DNA of 64,000 nucleotides from Gaiellales bacterium (GTDB lineage Bacteria; Actinomycetota; Thermoleophilia; BMS3ABIN01): NCBI GenBank assembly GCA_003599855.1, contig QZKG01000022.1, positions 29,927 to 93,926 of the forward strand, read 5' to 3'. Shown piece by piece: positions 31,001 to 39,625 of this stretch (position 1 is its first letter; each line of letters starts with the position of its first letter). The notes under the pieces were generated by a model. It saw only the letters and a program-made list of their open reading frames with translations, ran no database searches and was not told where the DNA came from. The position numbers and the translations under genes were made by a program.

Positions 31001-31276
31001 TCGAAGCGTCCCACCCAGACAGCCCTGTCGCCGCTTATCGCCGGCGACTGCTGGGATTCGGGATCAGGGGCGACCGCGGAGTCGGCACCGAAGACCCACT
31101 GGTCGCCGGGGGCGGCTTTTGCATTAGGGGTGAAGGCCAGCGGAACTAACAGAAGGAAAAACTGAATCAGTATGGTCAGCGCGGCCCGATGGACCCCCCC
31201 CCGTTACGGAAAGTCCGCCAAGCGCCACAGAAATAGAGGCTCTTGTAACGGAAGCAGCAGTAGCGACATTAACCAT
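28090..31276 (-). pseudogene. Large secreted multidomain protein (~1,060 aa if repaired). Layout: signal peptide, PD40/TolB-like beta-propeller repeats, central domain with NFHEGDWEMVQVDL motif, FN3-like domain, C-terminal beta-rich domain. Disrupted by a poly-G(9) frameshift and an in-frame TAG (30919..30921).
   Basis: Leader ORF from ATG 31276 is -1 relative to the body. The body frame encodes ...ALTILIQFFLLLVPLAFTPNAKA/APGDQ... then P.ISGD..VW repeats. TAG sits in a linker between repeat units with the frame conserved. Track ORF 28090..30918 is the post-TAG part. Confidence 0.6.
31194..31202 (-). repeat. Homopolymeric G9 (C9 on plus strand) tract at the 5' end of the large secreted protein gene. 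Candidate slipped-strand phase-variation site, or a homopolymer sequencing error.
   Basis: 9 consecutive C at 31194..31202. An 8-G or 11-G tract would fuse the ATG-31276 leader to the signal-peptide frame. Confidence 0.6.
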
Positions 31277-31345
31277 GCTCCCCACCCTTTCGCAGCGATT
31301 AATAACCATGGGGGTGAGCCTACCTCTCACGCCGACTTGTCGAGA

Positions 31346-31374
31346 ATCTATCAACTTGCGGTTACTGATGTCAA
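31346..31374 (-). promoter_or_regulatory. Putative sigma70 promoter for the large secreted protein gene (TTGACA-17-ATAGAT)
   Basis: Minus-strand TTGACA at 31374..31369 and ATAGAT at 31351..31346. Confidence 0.4.
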
Positions 31375-31422
31375 CGTTTATTTGTAACAAAATCAGAATG
31401 GCGTTAGGCATGACGTATAAAT

Positions 31423-31446
31423 AAGGCGCCCCTCCCGGGGCGCCTT
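31423..31446 (-). terminator. Rho-independent terminator downstream of pfkA
   Basis: AAGGCGCCCC-UCCC-GGGGCGCCUU followed by a U-rich run on the minus strand. Confidence 0.7.
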
Positions 31447-31485
31447 GAAATAACGGACTTAACCGCTTGCGAATGCGGCCCGTCT

Positions 31486-32538
31486 CTAACTGAAGAATGT
31501 CTTCGCGATATCCCACAGCTCCATTGGCACCATCTTGCGCTCGCCCACGGCGTCCGCGAGCGGCGCCTCGACGATGTCGTCGCCCTGGAGCGCCGCCATG
31601 AAGCCGAACTTCTCCTCCTTGACCATCTCCGCGGCCTTGAGGCCGAAGCGGGTGGAGAGGATGCGGTCGTGCGCTGACGGCGTGCCGCCGCGCTGGATGT
31701 GCCCCAGCACCGTGGCGCGTGTCTCGAAGCCGGTGCGCGCCTCTATCTCCCCGGCCAGCGCCTCGCCGATGCCGCCCAGCTGCACGTTGCCGAAGGCGTC
31801 CACCTTGTCGGAGATTGTGAGGAGCTGCTCGCCGCCCTCGCGGGTGAGCATCTTGGCGCCCTCGCTGGCGACGACGATGTTGAAGTTCTTGCCGCGCTCG
31901 TCGTGGCGGCGCTGCAGGCTCTCGCAGACGTCCTCGACGGTGGTGGGGACTTCCGGTATCAGGATGTAGTCGGCGCCGCCGGCGATGCCGGACATGATGG
32001 CGATCCAGCCGGTGTGGCGTCCCATCACCTCGACGACGATGGTGCGGTCGTGGGACTCGGCGGTGGAGTGCAGCCGGTCGATCTGCTCGGTGGCTATCCC
32101 CACCGCGGTATCGAAGCCGAAGGTGTAGTCGGTAGCGGAGAGGTCGTTGTCGATGGTCTTGGGGACGCCGACGATGTTGAGGCCGTGCTCCTTGACCAGC
32201 TTGTCCGCCGCCCCCAGGGTGTCGTCGCCGCCGATGCCGATGATGGCCCAGATGCCGTTCTTCTCCATGCTCTCCTTGAGCCGCTCGACGCCGTTCTCTT
32301 CCTTGTAGGGGTTCGTGCGGGATGTGCCGATGATGGTGCCGCCCTTGTGGAGGATGCCGGAGATCGACTGCAGGTCCATGGGGACGAAGTCGCCCTCCAC
32401 CATGCCCTTCCAGCCCCGCCGCGCCCCGACCACCTCGAAGCCGTACTCGGAAACCATCTTGATCGTCGCCGCCCGCATCACCGCGTTCAGTCCGGGGCAG
32501 TCGCCGCCGCCGGTGAGCATCGCAACCTTCTTCGCCAT
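31486..32538 (-). CDS. pfkA: 6-phosphofructokinase (PfkA family, ATP/PPi-dependent)
   Basis: GGDCPGLNAV, GGDDT, MGR motifs. AGGAGG SD. Confidence 0.9.
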   Translation of the reverse strand: MAKKVAMLTGGGDCPGLNAVMRAATIKMVSEYGFEVVGARRGWKGMVEGDFVPMDLQSISGILHKGGTIIGTSRTNPYKEENGVERLKESMEKNGIWAIIGIGGDDTLGAADKLVKEHGLNIVGVPKTIDNDLSATDYTFGFDTAVGIATEQIDRLHSTAESHDRTIVVEVMGRHTGWIAIMSGIAGGADYILIPEVPTTVEDVCESLQRRHDERGKNFNIVVASEGAKMLTREGGEQLLTISDKVDAFGNVQLGGIGEALAGEIEARTGFETRATVLGHIQRGGTPSAHDRILSTRFGLKAAEMVKEEKFGFMAALQGDDIVEAPLADAVGERKMVPMELWDIAKTFFS

Positions 32539-32691
32539 GGGACCCTCCTCCTTGTCATCATTGCCGTTTCAGCGCCGCGCGAGACCGCGGCGCGCGTTTA
32601 CCGGGTAATGATTATATACAGGCAGGAAGGAAAGGGCGAACAGCCCGCGGTCCGGGTGATTCCGCCGGAGCCCGCTGACGGGAAGGCCAGG

Positions 32692-32880
32692 CTAGCAGAG
32701 GCTGAGCTGCTCGACGGCGATGCCGTTGCGCCGCGCGATGATGGCGCTGTCGAACACCTTCTGGCAGTTCTCGCAGATGAAGCCCTGGCGCTTCTCCGAC
32801 CAGTAGACGGCGTCCTTCTTGTTGCAGCAATGGCACGGGTAGCGATTCACAGCGCTTTTTTTTGAGGTTGAAGCAGTCAT
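32692..32880 (-). CDS. Small zinc-ribbon protein (CxCC...CxxC), 62 aa
   Basis: MTASTSKKSAVNRYPCHCCNKK...FICENCQK. AAGGAT SD. A8 run inside the coding region (32854..32863 on plus). Confidence 0.45.
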   Translation of the reverse strand: MTASTSKKSAVNRYPCHCCNKKDAVYWSEKRQGFICENCQKVFDSAIIARRNGIAVEQLSLC

Positions 32881-33231
32881 GATGATCCTTTCTATTATTC
32901 TGCGGGCGCCCCCGTTTCCCCTTTCCACAGCATAATTTCGATAAAAACAGTTGCAAATTACAAAAACATGAGTAAAATAGTTATATATACAGCCCCGGGG
33001 GTCCGGCTTTTTTTGCAGGATCGGGTGGGGACTGTAGCGAAACGGGAACTGCAGAGGCGGTTCCCGATTCGATTAAGCTCAGGCGGGTACGAGAGACCAG
33101 CCCAGGCCGCAGGGCATGTGCCGTAGAATGTCCGCGACTGTGTCTCCCGCCCTCCACAGGCGGACGCGTGAGCGTGAACCACTTTTAGAGCCGCTCCCGA
33201 TCAGGGTATCGGGGGCGGCTCGCCTTATTCC

Positions 33232-33585
33232 TCAGGCAGTCCCCGCTTGCGTTTCCCGCTCAAGATTGCGCCTGACGCCTGTCAGCAGGAACCAGAGGCC
33301 GGCGAGGTAGATCCCCGTGATGTCCAGCATGCCCATGCCGAAGTACAGCCATCGGCTGCCGTCCGAACCGATGTCCTCATGGGTTCCAGCGACCAGGTAG
33401 ATGAGGTTGGCCCCGATGATCGAACAGACAGCGTAGAGGCCGATCATGTTCCTGATGGCGACCATGACCTCGAAAGCCCTCAGGAATGCATTACGCCTCA
33501 AGAGCCAGACGATCAGGCCCATGACCCACATGAGCAGGGCCATACCCGCGTATATGAATATGATGATCCAGAGGATTTTGCCCAT
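33232..33585 (-). CDS. Hypothetical integral membrane protein (4 TM)
   Basis: Hydrophobic 117-aa ORF. A hairpin lies downstream at ~33185..33218. Confidence 0.45.
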   Translation of the reverse strand: MGKILWIIIFIYAGMALLMWVMGLIVWLLRRNAFLRAFEVMVAIRNMIGLYAVCSIIGANLIYLVAGTHEDIGSDGSRWLYFGMGMLDITGIYLAGLWFLLTGVRRNLERETQAGTA

Positions 33586-33710
33586 GGAAGTTCCGGCTGA
33601 CAGTTCGACCGTCCCATGATATCCGAGCGATAATACAGTTTCAATACCGCCGATTGAGGCTGCTGCCGGGGCTCAGCGGGGCGCCCCTGCCCAGCCGGGA
33701 GGGCGAAATC

Positions 33711-33890
33711 CTAATCCTCGTAGGAGACAACCTGGCGGCCCTTGTAAGTGCCGCATACAGGGCAGACGCGGTGGGGCTGCTTGGGGCTGTGGCACTGGGG
33801 ACAGCTGTTGATGCTGGGGGCCGACAGGTTGTCGTGGGTCCGGCGCTTGTCCCTGCGTGCCTTTGATGTTTTTCTCTTGGGAACTGCCAT
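33711..33890 (-). CDS. rpmF: 50S ribosomal protein L32
   Basis: [20 protein letters not shown]...[25 protein letters not shown]. Real start ATG 33890 lies inside track ORF 33711..33929. Confidence 0.9.
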   Translation of the reverse strand: MAVPKRKTSKARRDKRRTHDNLSAPSINSCPQCHSPKQPHRVCPVCGTYKGRQVVSYED

Positions 33891-33995
33891 CTGTCTCTCA
33901 TTTCTTCCGTGAAGATCTCTTGACACCAAGAACGTAGGATAGCGGAACGCAGGCTCAATGTAAACTCACAGCGGCATATTTTGTGAGCAGTGGCT

Positions 33996-34026
33996 GGGGT
34001 GTTGCGTAGCTAAGGCTCGCGGGCCT
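33996..34026 (+). repeat. Module-3 repeat, partial divergent copy (between rpmF and yceD)
   Basis: GGGGUGUUGCGUAGCUAAGGCUCGCGGGCC. Confidence 0.4.
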
Positions 34027-34561
34027 ACGCCTCCGGTTTCCACTCCTTCAGCTTGTCCCAGCGCGAATCCGACGGCCGCTCACAGCCGCACTGTGCCTCG
34101 TTGAGGTTCGCCCCGCAGAGGTCGCAGAGGCCCTTGCATCCCTCAAAACAGAGTATCTTCGGCGGCAGCATGCCGGCGACGGCGTCATGCGCCCAGGCGG
34201 AAAGTTCGAGGATGCCGTCACGGGTGTAATAGAGGGACGGTTCGTCGTCCTCTCCCAGCTCCGCCAGGGGCGGCAGTTCCAGCTCGAAATAGTCCTCAGC
34301 CCTGACCTCCAGGTCCAGGTCGGCCGGCTCCAGGCAGCGCCAGCAGGCCCCCTCCAGCCGGCAGATGAAGCTGATGGTAGCGTGGTAGCCTTCACCGGTG
34401 AACACGAGGTCCAGCCGCGCTGCGACCACGTCGGGCACGAAAGCGTATTCGCGGCCCGCGAACTCCAGGGGAGGCAGGTACAGGTCAAGCTCATAGGATT
34501 TTTTCTCGCCCGGACCGGGATTGACGGAAACCAGGTCGAAGGTGGTCGCTTCAGGGGGCAT
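34025..34561 (-). CDS. yceD: YceD/DUF177 family protein (23S rRNA accumulation protein)
   Basis: DUF177 layout with C-terminal CxxC...CxxC. Conserved position upstream of rpmF. Confidence 0.8.
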   Translation of the reverse strand: MPPEATTFDLVSVNPGPGEKKSYELDLYLPPLEFAGREYAFVPDVVAARLDLVFTGEGYHATISFICRLEGACWRCLEPADLDLEVRAEDYFELELPPLAELGEDDEPSLYYTRDGILELSAWAHDAVAGMLPPKILCFEGCKGLCDLCGANLNEAQCGCERPSDSRWDKLKEWKPEA

Positions 34562-34656
34562 GGGATGCTCCGAACGGCGGGCCGGGAACCGGCTGTTAAA
34601 GGATACAGGCTCCAGTTACCGCGAAAGCGGCAGGCTTAAACGCGCGGTCTTAGGGT

Positions 34657-35154
34657 TCAGTCCTCGTCTTCCGCTGGCGACTGGGGGATCATCGCGCCCT
34701 CTTCCTCCCCGGTCTTGCCCTGCAGCCGCTCGCGGCCGCGCCGGACCGCCGCCAGGAACTTGCCCAGGTTGGTCTCCAGGGTCTCCAGCACCTCGTCGGC
34801 GTAGTCCTCGGCGCCCAGCCGGATCTCACGCTCGCGGGCGCGGGCGTCTTCCATGATCTGGGCGGCGTTGCGCTCAGCCATCTTGACGACTTCCTGCTCG
34901 GAGACGATGCGCTCGGCCTGCTCGCGGGCGTCCTTGATGATGCGGTCGCTCTCCGTCTTGGCCTCGGCCAGCATCTCCTGGCGCTCCTTGACGATCCAGC
35001 GGGCCTGCTTGATCTCCTCGGGGATGGTGGTGCGCATCTGGTCGAGGATGTCGTAGATCTCCTCGCGCTCGATCATGACCTTGTCGGTCATCGGCATCGG
35101 CCGGGCGTTGTTCACAATCTCGTCAAGCTTGTCTATTAAAACCAGTACGTCCAC
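34657..35154 (-). CDS. Conserved hypothetical coiled-coil protein (ATP-synthase-b-like coiled coil, no TM)
   Basis: GTG start with GGAGGAG SD. 165 aa, E/R/A-rich heptads. Sits between coaD and yceD. Confidence 0.55.
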   Translation of the reverse strand: MDVLVLIDKLDEIVNNARPMPMTDKVMIEREEIYDILDQMRTTIPEEIKQARWIVKERQEMLAEAKTESDRIIKDAREQAERIVSEQEVVKMAERNAAQIMEDARAREREIRLGAEDYADEVLETLETNLGKFLAAVRRGRERLQGKTGEEEGAMIPQSPAEDED

Positions 35155-35199
35155 TTTCTCCTCCAGAGGACCGGGGTTGACACTGTCTTGCCGGACGAC

Positions 35200-35694
35200 T
35201 TAGCTGAACAGCTCGGCGAGCCTCGCAGCCACCGCCGGCGGCACCAGGTCGTCCACCTTGCCTCCGTACTTCGCTATCTCCTTGACGCCGCTGGAACTAA
35301 GGAAACTGTACTCGGGCGACGCCATCAAGTACACAGTTTCTAGGTCGGGAGCCAGTTTCCTGTTCAGCTGGGCCATCTGGAATTCGTACTCGAAGTCGGA
35401 GATGGCGCGGAGGCCCTTCACCAGGGCACGCGCCCCCCATTTGCGGGCGAAGTCCACCAGCAGGATATCAAATATCTCCACCCTGATGTTATCGCTGCCG
35501 CCGAGGGAGTCTTCAAGGAAAGTCAGCCGCTCCTCGGCTGTGAGCAGTGTGTCCTTGCGGGGAGAATGGGCCACGACACCCACGACTACCTGCTGGAACA
35601 GCCCCGCCGCCCGGCGGATGATGTCAAGGTGGCCTTCGGTCACGGGGTCGTAGGTGCCCGGGCAGACCGCTACTATTCTGGACAAGTCAGTCAT
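35200..35694 (-). CDS. coaD: Phosphopantetheine adenylyltransferase
   Basis: CPGTYDPVTEGHLDII (T/HxGH) motif. Overlaps the rsmD stop. Confidence 0.9.
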   Translation of the reverse strand: MTDLSRIVAVCPGTYDPVTEGHLDIIRRAAGLFQQVVVGVVAHSPRKDTLLTAEERLTFLEDSLGGSDNIRVEIFDILLVDFARKWGARALVKGLRAISDFEYEFQMAQLNRKLAPDLETVYLMASPEYSFLSSSGVKEIAKYGGKVDDLVPPAVAARLAELFS

Positions 35695-36260
35695 AACTCC
35701 TGCGGGGTTGCGGGTACGCCTTCTCCGTCGAGCCGGAATATCCTGATGCTGGTGTCCCCGTAAGTCTTCCCGGCAACGGGTTCGAAGGGCAGGGAAACAG
35801 TCTCACGCGCATCGCTCTCCACCACCAGTACGGCCCCCGGCGCCATGACACCGGGGAGCAGTCTTTCCAGTTCTGGCAGCACAACGCGGAGCATTTTATA
35901 GGGCGGGTCGATAAAAATCAAATCAAACCTGTCCCCCTTTTTCGCTGCATTTCCCAGGATCGCACGGTAGTCGCGGCGCTTCAGGAGGGCATTGTCGAAC
36001 CGGAGCTGGGCGATGTTGGCGGCGATCGCCTTGACCGCAGCCGGGCGGTTATCCACCAGGAGCGCGCTGTCGGCGCCCCGGCTCAGGGACTCCAGCCCCA
36101 GGGCGCCGCTGCCGGCGAAGAGGTCCAGCACCCTGAGCCCGCTGACGTCCCCCAGCATGTTGAAGACCGCGCCGCGGACCTTGTCGGCGGTGGGCCGCGT
36201 CTCTTCCCCGCGGGGCGCGGTTATTATCGTCCCTTTCCTGGTTCCGGCGATGATGCGCAT
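35691..36260 (-). CDS. rsmD: 16S rRNA (guanine966-N2)-methyltransferase RsmD
   Basis: RIIAGTRKG...VLDLFAGSGALGLE...DPPY motifs. Confidence 0.85.
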   Translation of the reverse strand: MRIIAGTRKGTIITAPRGEETRPTADKVRGAVFNMLGDVSGLRVLDLFAGSGALGLESLSRGADSALLVDNRPAAVKAIAANIAQLRFDNALLKRRDYRAILGNAAKKGDRFDLIFIDPPYKMLRVVLPELERLLPGVMAPGAVLVVESDARETVSLPFEPVAGKTYGDTSIRIFRLDGEGVPATPQEL

Positions 36261-36381
36261 GGGTCCCGTCCGCGATTTCCGGCTTTAGGTCGTGGCTCGA
36301 TTCTACCTTTTGTCCTTGGCGGGAGCGAGCGCCTTCCCGCCGCCCATGGCTTCTAACCGCAGTTCAATCTGGTTTTCACGG

Positions 36382-36440
36382 CCGGGGGCATTGCTGGCTC
36401 AGGCAACACTTGCGAGCCTTCGCTACGCAATACCCCCGGC
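36382..36440 (-). repeat. Module-3 repeat copy 2 (upstream of rsmD)
   Basis: Reverse complement of the 23715..23768 copy with 2-3 differences. Confidence 0.6.
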
Positions 36441-36505
36441 CGCTGCCAATGCTCTTCCCGGGCAACGTGGGTCTGCGGTCCGAAGGCTGGCGCGGCCGTC
36501 CTGAC

Positions 36506-38686
36506 CTAGATGCGCCGCAGCCATTCCACCGTGTCGCCGAAGCGGCGGGCTATCTCTTCCCTGAGCAGCGTGTCTTCCAGACGGGCGAGGTCCGGGTCGG
36601 CCGCCAGCAGCTTCCCCGCCTCTCTCCGCGCGAGCTTGAGCGCGTCCTGGTCACGGGTCAGCCGCGCCAGCTTCAGGTCAGGAAAGCCGGACTGCCTGAG
36701 CCCGAACAGCTGCCCCTCGCCCCTGATCTCCAGATCTATGTCCGCCAGGGCGAACCCGTCTGCAGTCGAAGCCATGGCGCCCAGGCGGCGGACTGCCGCC
36801 TCAGACCCCGGGTCTGCGAACAGCAGGCAGAATGACTCATGCTCCCCCCGCCCCACGCGGCCTCGCAACTGGTGGAGCTGCGCCAGGCCGAAGCGATCCG
36901 CTTCCTCCACCATCATGACCGTGGCATTAGGGACGTCCACCCCCACCTCGATCACCGTCGTCGTGACCAGCACTTGCGTCTCGCCGTCAGCGAAGCGCCT
37001 CATGGCCTCCTGCTTCTGCTGCGCCGGCATCTGCCCGTGCAGCACATCCACCCGGTATTCGCGGAACTCGCCCTCCCGAAGCCGCGCGGCCTCAGCCTCC
37101 ACCGCCCTGGCCTCCAGCTTCTCCGATTCCTCGATGAGAGGACAGACGACGTAGCACTGCCGGCCGGCATCGAGCTGCTCGCGGATGAAACCGTAGGCCC
37201 CCGCACGCTTGGCCTCAGGGACATGCCACGTCCTCACGGGCTTCCGCCCCGGCGGCATCTGCCTGATGGTGCTCACCTCGAGGTCGCCATAGAGGGTGAG
37301 CGCCAGCGTCCGCGGTATCGGCGTGGCCGTCATGTGCAGGGTGTGGGGCGTGATGCCGTCCCGCGTAGCCTTGTCAGCCAGGTCTTCGCGCTGCTGCACC
37401 CCGAAGCGGTGCTGCTCGTCCACGACTACCACGGCAAGCTCCGCGAAGACCACGTCCTCCTGGATGAGCGCGTGGGTGCCCACAGCGATATCCGCTTCAC
37501 CGGATTCCATGGCTGCAAGCGCCCCCTCCCTCTCCTTCGCTCCCAGGCGGCTGGAGAGGAACGCCACCTTCACCCCCGTTCCGGCCAGCATCCTCTTAAG
37601 GTTGAGGAAGTGCTGCTCGGCGAGGACCTCGGTGGGCGCCATCAGGGCGCCCTGACGCCCTGACTCCACCGCCCTTAAAAGAGTGAGGACCGCCACCACT
37701 GTCTTGCCCGAGCCCACGTCGCCCTGCAACAGGCGCTGCATCGGCCTGTCGCCCTCTAGGTCTGTGCCGATCCCGGCGGCAACGGCCTCCTGGTCAGCCG
37801 TCAGGCTGAAGGGCAGCGTCTCACGGAAGCGGCGGCTCAGCTCACCGGCAGGCCCCAGGGCGACGCTCCTCCGCTCGCGCTCGTAGTGGCGCCGGTAAGC
37901 CAGCAGGGCAAGCTGCATCAGGAAGAGCTCCTCGAAGACAAGCCGCCGGCGCGCCAGGGCATATTCCGCAGCTGAACGGGGAAAGTGCATCGCCAGCATG
38001 GCATCGGCGCGGCGGGGAAGCCCGAGCTCCAGCAAGAGCCCGGATGGCAGGGGGTCCGCCAGGCGTGAGAACAGCGGCCGGACCTGGTCCAGCCAGCCCC
38101 TCAGGCGCTTGACCGAGATCTTCTCCGTCGTCGGATAGACCGGCACCAGCCCCGTTGTGTGCAGCCCGGCGCTGTCGCCCAGGAGCTCATGACTGATGAT
38201 CCTGAAATTGCCACCCTTGCCCTCGTAACGCCCCCTGACCAGCAGTCTGTCCCCAGGGGCGAGCTGATCGGCCAGGTAGTCCTGGTTGAACCAGACCGCC
38301 TCCAGGATGCCGGTATCGTCGCGCAAAGTCGCCTTGACCACGCGCAGGTTGGGGCGGCGGGTGCGCTGGAGGGTCACCCGCTCGACAGTGGCGGCAACGG
38401 TCGCCTCTTCCCCCAGCCTGAGCTGGCCGATCTCACGGCTGGAAGAGAAATCCTCGTGACGGCGGGGAAAATGGCTAAGCAGGTCGGCGAGGGTCGCAAG
38501 GCCCAGCCTGCCGGCCTCGCGGGCCAGGGCCGGTCCGACGCCCTTGAGGACTGTCAGCGGGTCGCCCAGCGCGGGCGGGTTGAATGTGCTCTTCGAGGTG
38601 CGGGGAAGGTCGGCTGGCGTGAGGAGCGAGGACCTGGCGAAGTGGCGCAGGCACCGGGCTTGAGTCATGACCTTCCCTTCTTGCAT
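36506..38686 (-). CDS. recG: ATP-dependent DNA helicase RecG
   Basis: Wedge domain plus DEQH helicase motifs ([17 protein letters not shown]); 726 aa. Confidence 0.9.
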   Translation of the reverse strand: MQEGKVMTQARCLRHFARSSLLTPADLPRTSKSTFNPPALGDPLTVLKGVGPALAREAGRLGLATLADLLSHFPRRHEDFSSSREIGQLRLGEEATVAATVERVTLQRTRRPNLRVVKATLRDDTGILEAVWFNQDYLADQLAPGDRLLVRGRYEGKGGNFRIISHELLGDSAGLHTTGLVPVYPTTEKISVKRLRGWLDQVRPLFSRLADPLPSGLLLELGLPRRADAMLAMHFPRSAAEYALARRRLVFEELFLMQLALLAYRRHYERERRSVALGPAGELSRRFRETLPFSLTADQEAVAAGIGTDLEGDRPMQRLLQGDVGSGKTVVAVLTLLRAVESGRQGALMAPTEVLAEQHFLNLKRMLAGTGVKVAFLSSRLGAKEREGALAAMESGEADIAVGTHALIQEDVVFAELAVVVVDEQHRFGVQQREDLADKATRDGITPHTLHMTATPIPRTLALTLYGDLEVSTIRQMPPGRKPVRTWHVPEAKRAGAYGFIREQLDAGRQCYVVCPLIEESEKLEARAVEAEAARLREGEFREYRVDVLHGQMPAQQKQEAMRRFADGETQVLVTTTVIEVGVDVPNATVMMVEEADRFGLAQLHQLRGRVGRGEHESFCLLFADPGSEAAVRRLGAMASTADGFALADIDLEIRGEGQLFGLRQSGFPDLKLARLTRDQDALKLARREAGKLLAADPDLARLEDTLLREEIARRFGDTVEWLRRI

Positions 38687-38782
38687 TTATGGTGCGGCTA
38701 TAGCATAATAACGCCTTGTGCAAAGAGCAAGAACGCCGGAACAGGGCTTGAGGCCCGATCGGCGCTGTCAAGAAGGAAGAGA

Positions 38783-38974
38783 ATGTCGAAAGTATGCACA
38801 GTTTGCGGCAAGAAGCCGGGCTACGGCAACAACCGTAGCCATTCGAACCGAGCTACGCGCCGCCGGTTCAACCCCAACCTGCAGAAGATCCGCATCCTCG
38901 TGGACGACAAGCCCACGCGCGCCTACGTCTGCGCCAAGTGCATCAGCGCCGGCAAGGTGCAGAAGGCAGTTTAG
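38783..38974 (+). CDS. rpmB: 50S ribosomal protein L28
   Basis: [45 protein letters not shown]. Lies inside track ORF 38159..38974. Confidence 0.9.
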   Translation: MSKVCTVCGKKPGYGNNRSHSNRATRRRFNPNLQKIRILVDDKPTRAYVCAKCISAGKVQKAV

Positions 38975-39112
38975 CAGCAGGCCCCGCACAAGACCCGCAA
39001 AGCAAATACCCCTCCGGTTGACCTGACTCCTCATCACAAGGCCGTGTTGCTCCGATAAACTGGGTAAGCGGCCGGTTTTCAGCATAGCTGGACGCACAGG
39101 AAAGGAGTCACG

Positions 39113-39478
39113 ATGGAGTTCGGTTTTGCAGTTTCAGGTTTTCCCGCGTTCATGATCCTCATGGGGGTGTACGTCTTCACGGCGTTCGTCGTCATGACTA
39201 TCGCCAACAAGCTGGGAGTCGCGAATTCCTGGATGGCGTGGGTCCCCATCCTCAACATCTACCTTCTGGTCAAGATGGCCGGCAAGCCCGGCTGGTGGCT
39301 GGCCCTCTTCCTGGTGCCGTTCATCAATTTCTTCGTGGCGGTCTATGTCTGGATGCTGATCGCCGAACGCCGCGGCCGGCCACAGTTCTGGGGCTTGCTG
39401 ATGATCGTTCCGGTGGTCAATCTCATCCTGATGGCCATGCTGGCGTTCACCGAGCCGGACCACCCGGTCCTGGCCTGA
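39113..39478 (+). CDS. DUF5684-like small membrane protein (paralog 1)
   Basis: WMAWVPILNIYLLVKMAGKPGWW signature. AGGAAAGGAG SD. Confidence 0.6.
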   Translation: MEFGFAVSGFPAFMILMGVYVFTAFVVMTIANKLGVANSWMAWVPILNIYLLVKMAGKPGWWLALFLVPFINFFVAVYVWMLIAERRGRPQFWGLLMIVPVVNLILMAMLAFTEPDHPVLA

Positions 39479-39501
39479 CGCCTGATCAAATCGCTGTCAG
39501 C

Positions 39502-39534
39502 GGAAGCCCCCGAATCGGGGGCTTCCCCTATTTG
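39502..39534 (+). terminator. Rho-independent terminator
   Basis: GGAAGCCCCCG-AAU-CGGGGGCUUCC, then CCUAUUUGC. Confidence 0.6.
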
Positions 39535-39625
39535 CATCAGAGTTTTCCGCCTGTATAACTAATATATTACCTGTACCGATCATATCTGTAGTGGCAACGG
39601 TTCCTTTCCAGCGAGATCGGCGGAA

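Noticed and set aside
31124-31516. Track ORF 31124..31516 (130 aa) overlapping the pfkA 3' end.
   Set aside because: The upstream 80 codons overlap pfkA and the terminator. Only the part from ATG 31276 onward is meaningful. That part is the displaced leader of the large secreted protein gene (see poly-G tract).
31699-32865. 388-aa plus-strand ORF.
   Set aside because: Antisense of pfkA.
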